Of a DNA stretch of 64,000 nucleotides, positions 25,720 to 37,289 are shown piece after piece. Source of the stretch: Balanoglossus misakiensis (Eukaryota > Animalia > Hemichordata). A model generated the notes under the pieces. The model searched no databases. It was not told where the DNA came from and saw nothing but the letters and a program-made list of their open reading frames with translations. Where the stretch lies: positions 14,081,903 through 14,145,902 of the forward strand of contig CM082577.2 in NCBI GenBank assembly GCA_040954595.2. The letters run 5' to 3'. Each line of letters starts with the position of its first letter. Within the stretch, counting starts at the first letter, position 1. Made by a program: the position numbers and the translations under genes.

Positions 25720-26911
25720 TTAAAAGCAAAACACCCAAAGTGCATGCTGTCAAAGGCACAGTTTGACATATTTTTAACCCTTTCACCCCTATTCCCTCTT
25801 TTGAGGTTCCAGTTTATCATAGAAAACAAGGGATTTGGACAAAACCATGGTTGTGAAAGGGTTTATCATGCACCACATGGAAAGCTATTCACTTCCTGAA
25901 TGAAATTATCCCTGTTCTTCTTTTCTCGTTTGTAGAAGATTTCCACTCTCACTCCACGGGGATGGTCTGGAAGTAACTTCTCTTGTGTCAGTTTGGCCAA
26001 GCAGCGCTTGGAAACACCAGGTGCATAAGCAGAAGAGAAAATGTCTTTGACAGACACGCCATGTTAAGTTGAAGAGTTGCACCCTAGTCTTTGATCTGTC
26101 GATCATGCTCAGTTGAAGGCCTGTTCAGTGAGATGCAGCAAATGATGGCAGACAGTTTGCTTGGATTTTGATATTGTGTTACCCTGTACTGCTTGTTTCT
26201 TCCACTGGACATTTCCCACAATTCAATCTGACAAGGGATTAGTTTAGGGATGGGGTTGTTTTCTGACATTCCTGAATTCCACTTTGGAATTGTTGTAACA
26301 TGAACATCATGTATTTCATGAAACCTGTACAGTGAAACCTGTCCCTTCAGACATTCCTGTAATCAGAACACATCTCAATTAAAGACAGATTTTTCAAGAC
26401 AAAAGCTACAATTTCAATATAATAATACCTGTGTATTATCAACACCTCTCTGTTAAGGACAGATTTTGTCCTGAAGGTGTCCGTAATAGACACTATATGT
26501 TCAGGTTAAAAGCATCCATTTATTAGCCAACATATCTGTGACCTACAAAAAAATGCATGCTATATCTTGTACTCACAGCCCCTCATTGTAAAAAAAAATA
26601 TTTATGATCAGGCAAAATGTATTCTTTATTAGAGCAAAAATAGCCACATTGGTGTTCCAAATAGAAACTGCATTGGGATAATCCTAGTTCTGTGATGCTG
26701 GTACCTCAGTGTATTGAATGTTTAATCATTCCAAAATCTTCAACCATGAAAACTTCAAACAGATGGAGAATCATATTGGGTTGTCATGTTTAGTGGAATG
26801 GGCACACATCAGTATATAATTTGTGTAGTTATGTTTTGTGTAGGTCAGTGTCCCTGTACTGGATTGACACCAGTCAAATTTGTGATGTCATAATTTGCAT
26901 GTCAGGTGACA

Positions 26912-28155
26912 CACAGTACTAGAAATTTCCCATGATTCATTCTGATTTGTACCATCAGAGATACCTCATTCAAACCAGGCATAGTTCACATGTGTACAGA
27001 GAATTGTTGACCACTTATACAAATTTTGAGAGCATATTTTATTATTATTATTATTATTATTATTAAGAATTGTTTAAAATGCGCTACACATACGTCTCAG
27101 CGCATTGTACATAGCTAAAAGAGTAGATTAAAAAATACAAGGCTGGTAAAAATAGTTAAAAGGACACAATCGAACACGTTACACATAAAACCGAGTAAAA
27201 AGGTAAGTTTTCAAATTATGCTTAAAAATATTGACACTTCTGGCGGTTTTGATATCAAGGGGTAAATTGTTCCATAAATGGGTGCATAAACTGAAAAAGC
27301 TCTCTGTCCGTAGGTTTTGTTAAATTTAGCATGAGGATGAGTTAAAAAGAATTGAACACTCGAGCGCAGTTCTCGAGCTGGTACATATAAATGTAAAAGA
27401 TTAGTCAAATAGGCAGGTGCCTTACCACTGATACATTTGAATGTGAGCAAGAGAATTTTAAAACTGATGCGGGCCTCTACCGGTAGCCAGTGTAAATCTT
27501 TGAGTATGGGTGTGATATGATCGGACTTGCGCGTACGAGTAACTAGCCTCGCCGCAGCATTCTGTAGAGACTGAAGTCGAGCTAGATGTCCCTTCGGGAT
27601 ACCAAACAAAAGACTATTACAGTAATCTAAATGAGACGTTACAAATGCATGGACTAGTTTCTCAGTTGTAGATCTGTCAAGGCGAATCTTATTGGCAATT
27701 ACCATTTCAAATGATTTAGAAAATAATGCATTATTGAGAGAGGAGATACGAATTTTATAAAATAATCAAGCAATTGCATAGCCAGCCATACAAAAAAGTT
27801 TGAAGTAAAAGAGGGACACTTGAAACACCTGTCTAATCAAACAAAAAGATATTGATTTTTCTATTGACAGAACAAAGGAAATTAACATGTTAACTTTCAA
27901 CAGAGACTGGCCACCTCAGTTAGTCATTGCTTGTTTCCTCCACATTGTGACATTGGCAGTACATGAATACTTTGATTCCTATGGCTTTTAAATTTTGATT
28001 TTTAAAATTTTCACTCAAATTCCTTAATATACTTTTCCTACATAAAAATAAATAACTTCATATCATTGTAAGTATGAAATACAGAAACAGTTATTAAATG
28101 GGCAACCTTCGATGATACAAATCATGGAGAATTGTGGGTAAAAAATTGTACTGTG
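26912..28155. mobile_element. Non-autonomous Transib/RAG-like-type DNA element (CACAGTAC termini, 5-bp TSD TGACA)
   Basis: tgaca|cacagtactagaaatttcccatgattcattctgatttgtaccatc ... gatgatacaaatcatggagaattgtgggtaaaaaattgtactgtg|tgaca. The ~45-bp imperfect terminal inverted repeats (TIRs) align without gaps. Empty site (cactgtcacc) in the left arm at ~12416-12425. Confidence 0.7.
27040..27705 (-). mobile_element. 5'-truncated L2/CR1-group LINE fragment nested in the Transib-like element
   Basis: LVHAFVTSHLDYCNSLLFG..LQSLQNAAARLV..HITPILKDLHWLPV..FKILLLTFK is the typical L2/Crack ORF2 C-terminus; (AAT)n tail at 27040-27065. Confidence 0.9.
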
Positions 28156-28967
28156 TGACAGTGTCTCCCCAGATCTTAGAATCATGCAAAACTGTGAGTG
28201 TTAAAAAACAAAAGGGTGTTGTCATTTAGCGACAATCTTAGCAATGGCTCTTTTAGATTGGATATGGTTTAGGGGTCTGTTTTTTGGAAATGATTGATAA
28301 TAAATTCATTAGAAGTAATTAGTGTATCTTCTTAGACTAGAAGACCTAATCAGCACAAATATACCATGTATACATTGTTTTAAATTTTGTGTTGATATTG
28401 TTTACTGGTACGTTTCTACTTCTATAGTTAGTATTGGAGTATACAAATATTTTATCTTGTGAGAATGTTTTATTTATGTCAGGAATTTCTGCTATATTAC
28501 ATGTTGTGTTTTAATGATATTTTTTGAAAATAATATAATAAAAGAAATACTGTGTTTACATGATGTGTGTTTTGTTTTGTCGGACCAAAGATAAAATTGT
28601 TTCAGAAACCAAATTTGATAAATCTGTATCACTTTCCCTGACCTTTCAAACACTGATTGCCTTGGAAACAAGTGAGGAACTTTGTTGTAGTTTAAGGTAG
28701 AGATGTAGGTTTTTTGCATTTTTTTGATGATTTTTACTTTTTTCAATATTTCAAACCATTAGAATTTGCATTATTTTTTTATTAAAACAGTTTTACCGGG
28801 TCACATTCGTCAACATGTGTAAATTTATCAAAAGTAATATATTTTAAGAATTGTGTGTACAGTTATAAACATTCCGGATTAACTGTTACCAGATTAGTGT
28901 TGGAGTTTGCTAAACAATTCACAGGAGCCCATATGCAAATCCGACTTTTCGAAAGTTAGAGTAACAT

Positions 28968-29680
28968 GAAGCTTGACAGGCGTGCTTTGTCTAGTGACTT
29001 CCAGCATGATGGTCAACTATGGCTTCCATCATGCTCCATGGCACAGACTTATTGACCGGCCCACCGGGCAATGAAACACCCGCAAATGTACAATAACTAA
29101 TTACATGTTTTTCCACGATTTTGCACTCATTTATGAACTTTCTGGAAATGCTCCATGACAGAACGTTTAGTTGTGACCAGTGTTATTTGTCTCATCTTGT
29201 CAAGAAAGCTGTAGCTGGTGCAGCTTACAATGTCACAACCCTCGATAAACTGAACAACTAATCTATTGCATGAAATAGGTGGATGTGTCAAGCGATGCCG
29301 ATGCATAAATTTTCAGTTTTGAAACAGGAAGTTTGACAGGCGTGCTTTGTCTAGCGACTTCCAGAATGATGGTAAAGTATGGCTTCCATCAGGGCTCGAT
29401 CGTCATGTTCCGTGGCATAGACTAATTTACCGGACACAGAGCAATGAAACGCCCGCAAATGTACAATTACTAATTACATGTTATGGTAGGAGTGAGAAAA
29501 TAAGATTAAAATGGGTTTTCAGAAGTGTACACTTAACGGGCTTTAGTGTCGTTTGGAGAAGTTATCAGTGGCAGGGATTAACAGTCCCTTGTTTGCTGAA
29601 TAAACAAACCAACCTCATTATTGTACTCTGTCCGTAATGGTGTCGTTTTTTCCACGATTTTCCACTAATTTATGAACTTG
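28968..29680. repeat. Local direct duplication (~170 bp; second copy interrupted)
   Basis: gaag(c/t)ttgacaggcgtgctttgtctag..cccgcaaatgtacaa..ctaattacatgtt at 28968 and 29328. The continuation ttttccacgatttt..tttatgaactt follows directly in copy 1 but only after ~165 extra bp in copy 2. Confidence 0.8.
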
Positions 29681-31429
29681 CAAAATGTTCTAGATCAAAA
29701 TGACTTGGTCTAAAGTCTCTAGTATTATGCTACTTCATTAAAACATAACAAAGCAGTGAGTAAGTACTATTTATGATCGTTTTTTTCCAACTGAAAGTGC
29801 CGTTCACACAAATTGTCGATTTTCTCTGTTCGGTTTTGGGCTCTGGAGTGCAACTTCAAAAGAGTGTAACTTAGCAACGCGTGCACAGATTGTTCTGATT
29901 TTTGGCCTGAGGAAGGGAACAATACTTATCTCCAAACCCGTGGAGCGGATTTCCAATAAAGTTGATAGAACAAAAGAAATCACCACACAAGTGAACAAAA
30001 GTCGATAATTTATGCAAAAATCGACAGTTGACACTTTAAAGGCTCATTGTTCGAAAACAAAAGTGAATATCAAAATTCCATAATACGGTATTTTTACCAC
30101 TATACCCAGCTGTCGATTGCCGGTAACAGATCACCTGGAGGCATTGTCTTTTTTTATTGCCACTCCTTTGAGTAAAAAAACTTAAAATCGTGTATTTTTT
30201 AGCAAAACGAGAAAGAGAACAGAAATTTTGGAAAATAAACCAGATTTTCATAAACTTCAAGTATAGAGCTAACAGAAAATATATAATGTGTTGGTGGGAA
30301 ACATGAAAAATAAGGAGAAAAAAAAATCGATTAAAAACAAGTGTCATAAAAGGTGCATCTCAACCTTAACATGAACATTAGTTATGCCCTGTTGCCTATA
30401 TCCAATCCCCTCTACTCTCCATACATTTCCATCACGAAATTAACAAAATATGAGATTTGACTTGAGTTAGTGGATATCATTAAGACAGGGTATTTTCCAA
30501 CATTTCCACTTTTACTCAAGCACTACAATGAAGAAATCTCCTTTACTATGGGATGGGTTCAAAAAGAATGCCGAAAATCCCCCGTCTTTTGTTTCTCTGA
30601 GCAAGTGACATGGATATAAAAGGTTGCATCAAAGCAAAAGTCTTTTCAGTCTGTAGTGGAATCCTCCCCCGCATAGGCGTCTTGGAACAACAAAGTATCC
30701 CACCTGATATGACAGACTTTAGCTTCACCGTGAGGCCCTCAACGAACACAGAATAAAATACTTTGTTTAATTGGCGTGGACGTGAACAGCAGTCACGATC
30801 GCCCTACTACTTTTGCGTCACACATTTACAGTCATTTTCATCAGGAGAATATCTCCTTTCTGTTGTTTTTGTCCGGTCCGCTGTCAAGACGCTTGATGTG
30901 GTTCAGCTGGACGTTCAAATATGCGAACAATTGCAGTTATCAGCTGCCTCGGGTGTATGAAGTCTTTTTTGCCAGAACTGAACGCTGATGGCGCAATCAC
31001 CTGGCCGGGACGCCCTCGTTCGTATACTGTGTACATTATTTATCAGGACGGGTAAGCAATTGCTCTCGCGGAGTCTCGGGACGTGCTTTATCAAAAAGGG
31101 TCCAGGGACATGAAGGGGGGTACATAGACAATCCGCTTATTTTCAAACTAAACAAGCTAAATTAACAAAATGTTATTCAAAATAATGTTCTACATCTGGA
31201 ATATGTTTTTATTTACCAGTAAAGTAATAGAATAATTGGTTCGACTTCCATCTATCGATACAATATACTGCATCCGAACGCCATTTCCTTTAATACTTGA
31301 CATCTTTGCAATGAAACCGATCCAACAAGAAAGAAAAAACTTAAAGCACTTTAAATACTGCATTACAAAATGCCAACCCCAGCGTCAGCTCCAGAGTTCG
31401 CCGAAGCCAATACATGTATTAAGTATTAA

Positions 31430-31615
31430 AGGTATACAGTCGCCTCCAATTTACATACGCCCATATATAGCTGAAATGGCGTATTTATGGGTTCCAAAGA
31501 ACATATGGTGGCTCTCTTTTTTTCGCGTGTGCCACCCACTGAAAATCCGTGATTGGCTAGATCTCAAGTTTACCATGGTAACTGTAGGTAATTTTCCATA
31601 GGTGACCGTATACCT
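31430..31615. mobile_element. Kolobok-type MITE
   Basis: ttaa|aggtatacagtc ... gaccgtatacct|ttaa; related fragment at ~51845-51920. Confidence 0.7.
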
Positions 31616-32275
31616 TTAAAGCCCCAGTATTTCTCGTGTGTATCCATTTTTCATCATCGAAAATTGCCCGTTTTTCTCCCGTACATTCATCAAGGCACAC
31701 TACATAATGAAGATATAGGAAAGGTTTGGGCAACTGTAGCAAGCCGTAAATATTGCCCGTAACACTTGAAATGGTGCGCGGGTTTGTTAACGTTGCATTC
31801 CATTTGTCAACAGAGCCTGACTTTCTGTCCGGACAGAAAGTCATTCTTCACTCGTTATATTGTAAATTGTATGTGTTTATGAACAGACCTTTGTATGATA
31901 ACTGTTCGATTCAGTATCAATTATCACGTACTTTTAGAAATTGAATTTGCCGTTTCAAACTAAATTTATGCGAAATCGAGAAATACTGTGGCTTTAAGGA
32001 TGGTACCACAGCTGTTTTGGTCTCCCTTGAAACAAACGTTCTTGTAGTGCGTAGATAAATTATTTTTCGCATTTTGGCTGATTCATATTTTGTAATTACG
32101 CATTTTCAGGTCAAAAAGCTTGGGCGGACAGATGCAAAATTAGGTTGAGCGGGATTTCAAAACAGCACATACATATACACGCATGCTTATTTGTTCTTGT
32201 TGAACCTGGGATGCATCTGGTACAAATGATGTACTGCTTATATTTGTAGATTAGACAATACTGGTAAACTCGTTA

Positions 32276-32577
32276 ACAATTTGCCATGGGTGCTGCGCGT
32301 GTGGTACGGATTTCTTGACCACTCGACGCATTTTTTCGCGGTTATTCCAAGTTCTGGGTTAGTCTAGAGTACACCACCGTTGTCAGTAAACATTGCACTA
32401 CCGGGAAAATGTATATACACCAGACTTCGTGGAATGAGTGAAGGCCTGTAATTATGTGCACGCTCTTCTTGCTTTGAAATTACATTTTATGCTGCATTCA
32501 TTCAAAACAATTAATTTTTATAACTGTGTTGCTATTCACTCCATGTAGGCCTATGTATTTGTAAACAAAAAGTGAAA
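32276..32577. repeat. ~300-bp direct repeat, copy 1 (flanks DIRS/Ngaro fragment)
   Basis: Matches 35096-35396 with about ten differences. Confidence 0.95.
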
Positions 32578-35097
32578 ATCATGGTGGGTGATGGGGAACA
32601 TGCTTTTTCTATAGACTCCTGTAATCCCACCTCTTGGAGTAACGCGCCGAGACTAGTGAAACTGCTGTCGGCCATGTCGGGGCTGTCGGCTCCCCCAAAG
32701 TCGTCCAGGTAATGACGCAGGTGCCCCCTAGCTGACTGAACATGTACGTGACAGCGTTTGTGGTTCTTTGGCACGCGATTGATGCGGTACGCAGGCCGAA
32801 GGGCATCATTGTATCAAAATAAGTCTGACCTTTCAAAGTGTATCCTAAGAAATGATAATCTTTGGGATCTACCGGAATGTGCCTGTAGGCGCGTTTCAAA
32901 TCGCGTTTGAACATGAGACAACCCCTCCCCTTTGAGCGTATAATGTCGGAAAACGCGTCGATGCCGGGGTATGTGACAGTAAATGGACCGTCCAAGTAAC
33001 TGTCGCGGGGAATACCATCATTTACTGAATTTCCGCTGGGGTAGCTGAGGTCTAACACAATCCGCCTGTCAGATGTGCCTGATTTAGGCACCGTTTGTAA
33101 CGCAGAAATCATGAGCGCGCATTCGAAAGGATTTTTATCAAATGGCCCTACGGTGGCACCGTAATTGATCTCTTTGTTCAAGTACTGATCTACATGCTCG
33201 CTGAATGCGTCGGCTGAACTATGATTCTTGCTGAGAGCGTCGGGAAATGTTGTTGCGCAATAATTTATTGGCCAGCCATATTCTAAAAATTCGCATATTT
33301 CGTAATCATTGTACGCTTGGAGCTTCAACCTCCAAATGGGGATATTCAAATTTGATTTCACTGGTATGCGGAGGCCTCTATAATTTGGAGTGCCCGAATT
33401 ACAAACCAGGTCGTGAATGTTCGAGGGCGTCATATTTTTAACGCCTGGAATAAACGCAGGGGCATTGGGGCGCAATGGTTGTGGGTCTTGATTTGGATTC
33501 TCCACGAGCTGGATATTGGGGCGGTCCCCTGCTATTCCCGTCTCACTATGTGAAATGGGATCACCTTGGTTACTACTGGGTGTCTGCGTGCGACTAACAC
33601 ATACTTTGGTACTGGGTGTAACATTGTTGATTACATTGCTACATTTGTCTGACATACTATTGTCATGCTGATGCTGGCTAGTCTGGGCGCAAAAACCCGA
33701 CGGAGCATCGCTGTCATTATCTGTTTGAGTTGCAACCTCCATAAATAAAGGATGTTTTTCATTATCATACACTGGCAAAGAGCACTGAAGTGCTACTGAA
33801 CTGACACTATAACGATTAACAGAGGTCCTGTCAACAGATAATACCTGTCCAGACTTTGACTTCGTGTTCTTTGCATCCCTAAACGCCACATCGTTGTAAG
33901 GGCACTTGGCTTTTGGGTGATCCGCGGACTGATTGCGATATTTGTAGCATGCGCTGCATATGTGGCTGTATTTGCAGTTCTTATCGGAGCACTTGTTGTC
34001 CTGCCAGGACCAACAGTACTGTATGGTGTCGTCATTGTTCTTGGGTGCGCGTGATGTCTTGGCCTGTTTTTTCTCGGCGGCGCGAGGGTATAAATACAAT
34101 GCTTTCAAGTCAGTGCCCTCGCTGTCCCATGTTCTGCGGCCGTATTCAATGTCCTGTAGAAAGGCCCCGTGAAATTTAAGGACCGCATCCCATGGGAACA
34201 CTGAAGCGAATCTCATTAGTGTATTCAGGTGTTGCAAACGTGAGCGTTTTTCTTTGTCCGAAATATCCGATGAAAGTAAAATTGCAGTAAACCCTTCCAC
34301 GAATTCGTTGAGGGTCATGTTGTCGAAAGTAATCTCCTTTCCCGCGCCGAATGGTCGCGGTTGTGCGGCTATGCCACTGTCCGGGTAGTGTTGTCTTTTC
34401 TGGTTTGAAAGCGTTGCGACTTGCCAGGTTTTGGTAGCTTCCCAGACATGACAAAGTCCGGTAGATACTGACGTTGGTACTCCCGCAACTCTTCTTGCAA
34501 TTGACTGTCTGCGGCCATCATCCGGCGAAGCTCTGCCGTGTTCGAAATATTGCTTCCCGCGCATTCCGCAACTGACTCCCCGGGGGGGGGGGGCTTATGC
34601 CGTCGCGGGACTGCGGGTCATGCTCCATCTCAATCTGTCGAATCGGAATGCCCTTGGTGTCCTCGTGAAGGTGGCCGTTTGTGCTGCTCTGGACTTGTCG
34701 CTTCATCGCCTGGACCTCCAAGCAAAGGGATTTGAACTCCTGTAGTAAGGAGCCGACTAAACTTTCACCCTCTGAAGGGATTTCTATGGCGTCTGGCTGC
34801 TTGCCGCTTGCCTTACGTCCGCTCTTTCCTCGGCCTTTGGATGCCATGACAGAAAACATGGATTACACGATCGTGGATGAATTACGAATGACCGTTCGAA
34901 TAATGGTAACTATTTATGACCAAGTTACCGTGAACGCCGAAGTGCAAAATACGAAAATTGCACTGAATGATGAAGACGGTGTGAGACTTGACCGTTCCAC
35001 TCCGAATACTAGCTGTGGACTCCCTAGGCCCCCCGCAATGCCAATTATGCTCTTAGAGGGTCCCCCCAATACCTGAGGGTTCCCCCCAAAGGGCCAC
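32578..35097 (-). mobile_element. Truncated DIRS/Ngaro-type (tyrosine-recombinase) retrotransposon: degenerate gag + reverse transcriptase; RNase H and YR missing
   Basis: Gag-like EFVEGF..LQHLNTLM..WDAVLKFH and CWSWQ..C..C.YSHICSAC..H. RT motifs NHSSA, GPF..PF, VPK..RRIVLDLSYP.G.SVNDGI, KRDLKRAYRHIPV, MPFGLR, then after a frameshift YLDDF (~32700). Breaks off at PSPTMIF. Confidence 0.9.
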
Positions 35098-35396
35098 AAT
35101 TTGCCACGGGTGCTGCGCGTGTGGTACGGATTTCTTGACCACTCGACGCAATTTTTCGCGGTTATTCCAATTAAGTTCTGGGTTAGAGTACACCACTGTT
35201 GTCAGTAAACATTACACTACCGGGAAAATGAATATACACCTGACTTCGTAGAATGAGTGAAGGCCTGTAATTATGTGCACGCTCTTCTTGCTTTGAAATT
35301 ACATTTTCTGCTGCATTCATTCAAAACAATTAATTTTTATAACTGTGTTGCTATTCACTCCATGTAGGCCTATGTATTTGTAAACAAAAAGTGAAA
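35096..35396. repeat. ~300-bp direct repeat, copy 2
   Basis: Matches 32276-32577. Confidence 0.95.
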
Positions 35397-36055
35397 CTAA
35401 GAATATTGGATCGTGAGCTCCCCGTGGTTTGATAAATCTGGCAAGCCTTACACAGAGAGAAGATGTAAATGTATCATAGCACAGTTTTCTAAAGATTGAC
35501 CGATATTTGCATCCAACGTCCAACCTGTTTTAGTGACGTAGGCACTCAGCATCGGGCTGAAGTGGCGCACGACCTCTGGGCCGAGCGTCATAAACGCGAA
35601 ACATTGCCATGGAAACAGTGAGCAAAACGGCACAAGCAGCTGACGATAGTCTACGTCCACTTTTCTGGAGAGCATCGGAAGAGCAAAGCCGTCTGGGTAA
35701 CCGAGACTATCACTAGAGCATGCCCTTTGCTCACGTGTCAGAGGTCAAATATGGCGGATGATTCAACTCGTGCACTGTACATTCGAAAATAAGAAAACTT
35801 GGTGGAAAGCGCTAAGGTGATTTTATGACACCTACCAACCCATAAAAAGACGGGCCAACAGACCGACTATGTGTAAGTATTTAATGCATTGCAAAAAGTT
35901 TGCGTAATTCACCAACCCTTCCGCGAAACCACGTCAACATGATTACAGGTTAGGCGTCTTCTGCCATACTGTACACATGCACGACATGTGCGCGACAAGC
36001 CCTTTGTGTTGCGATTGTGCGTTTAAAGGCATGGTGCAACGTATTGTTCAATAAT

Positions 36056-36391
36056 TCACTCGTCCAATTCCATAACTATTGACGCTCTCTCCTTCATCCA
36101 TATTTCTCCATCTTTAGTTCTGCTAAAGATAATTTTGCCGTCCTTCTTTTCGACCACGTAACTGCAGTTGTCCGAGTCATCCGTGTGACTGGCCGCAACC
36201 TCATCGACCCACTGCTCAGAGCCATCTTGCCTTTTCACACAGATCGTATTTTTGCCCGGAGGGGTCGCGATGTTGACATAGTTACCGCTGGCAATCACGT
36301 GACTCTTGACATCTTGATTGGCGTCTGTCAGTGTGACCTGAATGGGCTCGCCAGTCCCGTTTGCGATGCTAGTTGTGTGCTGGTTACCCAT
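36056..36391 (-). CDS. Small uncharacterised beta-rich protein (111 aa), Met-Gly start
   Basis: MGNQHTTSIANGTGEPIQVTLTDANQDVKSHVIASGNYVNIATPPGKNTICVK...SYVVEKKDGKIIFSRTKDGEIWMKE. Splice acceptor (ttcctacag) just upstream at ~36427; candidate 5'UTR exon donor (ccg|gtaagt) at ~37410. Composition is protein-like. Confidence 0.65.
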   Translation of the reverse strand: MGNQHTTSIANGTGEPIQVTLTDANQDVKSHVIASGNYVNIATPPGKNTICVKRQDGSEQWVDEVAASHTDDSDNCSYVVEKKDGKIIFSRTKDGEIWMKERASIVMELDE

Positions 36392-36777
36392 GTATCTAAG
36401 GTCAAGTGCTGTGGGCACTATATTTTCTGTAGGAATAAATCAGATGTGGTATACTACAAAAAGTATTGAAACTAGTGAACGTATGGACAATCCGATGACC
36501 CTTACAGGTATTGAGAATAACGGTCGGTTTCTTTGAATGCAATAGATTATACGGCAAACGTACATGCGGAAGTGTGACCCAAAAGTGACCGATATCACTA
36601 GGAGGCTTGAATGTATTTAGGCAAGCCTTATTGTGAATCGCAACGTATTTCTAAACATGTAACATGTTCAATATCATGTTGATGTTCACTGTTACTTTGG
36701 ACCTTTATCCACGAAAGGATTATTTATTTTGAGTTCGTCAAGGGTCTGTTTCAGTGTTCTCATCATACGGGCATGAC

Positions 36778-37289
36778 TGGCTGTGGTAACGCAGCTGTAC
36801 CGTTGTGTGTGTGTGGGGGGGGGGGGGTGGCTGATTACCTCCACGGACAGCTGCGGGACAACCACCTTACTAATAGTGCAGTTGCAACGACACGTCTGGT
36901 GTAGGAACATTAGAACAGCAACAAAGTGAGCGCAGTTCAATAAACCCGCTGGAGTGTAATGGAGACCTCACACAACAGGAGTGAGTGAGGGTCAAAGTCC
37001 ACTGCCGGAGTGTTATTCCGTGTACTCGGGTAGCACTCCTTGGAAAATCGGCTGAAATACGGACCAGTGAGTTTTTGCACGAAATGACTTTTGGGACCAG
37101 AATAATCAGAGCACAGGCTTGTATAGGTCGTTTTATTGAATTGCGCCCACTTTGTTTTCTGTTGCCGTTCTAATGTTCCTACACCAGTCGTGTCGGTGCA
37201 ACTGCACGATTAGTAAGGGGGTTGGCCCCAGCTGTCCGTGGGGGTAATCAACCCCCCCCCCCCAACGGAACAACTGCGTACCACAGCTA
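36778..37289. mobile_element. Palindromic MITE with long TIRs (related pieces at ~45097-45468 and ~16717)
   Basis: gctgtggtaacgcagctgtaccgttg...gttcaataaa / tttattgaa...caacggaacaactgcgtaccacagc; ~165-bp inverted arms. Confidence 0.8.

Larger units (their letters stand above)
23165..28480 (+). repeat. Right arm of large inverted duplication, with three later insertions
   Basis: Collinear with the reverse complement of 12108-15262 once ~23917-24343, 25358-25719 and 26912-28155 are removed. Confidence 0.9.

Noticed and set aside
32609-34564. 651-aa ORF as an intact gag-pol gene
   Set aside because: It is a chimera of frames: the true gag N-terminus is in other frames with a stop (VA*PH), YLDD is frameshifted, and the element is truncated.
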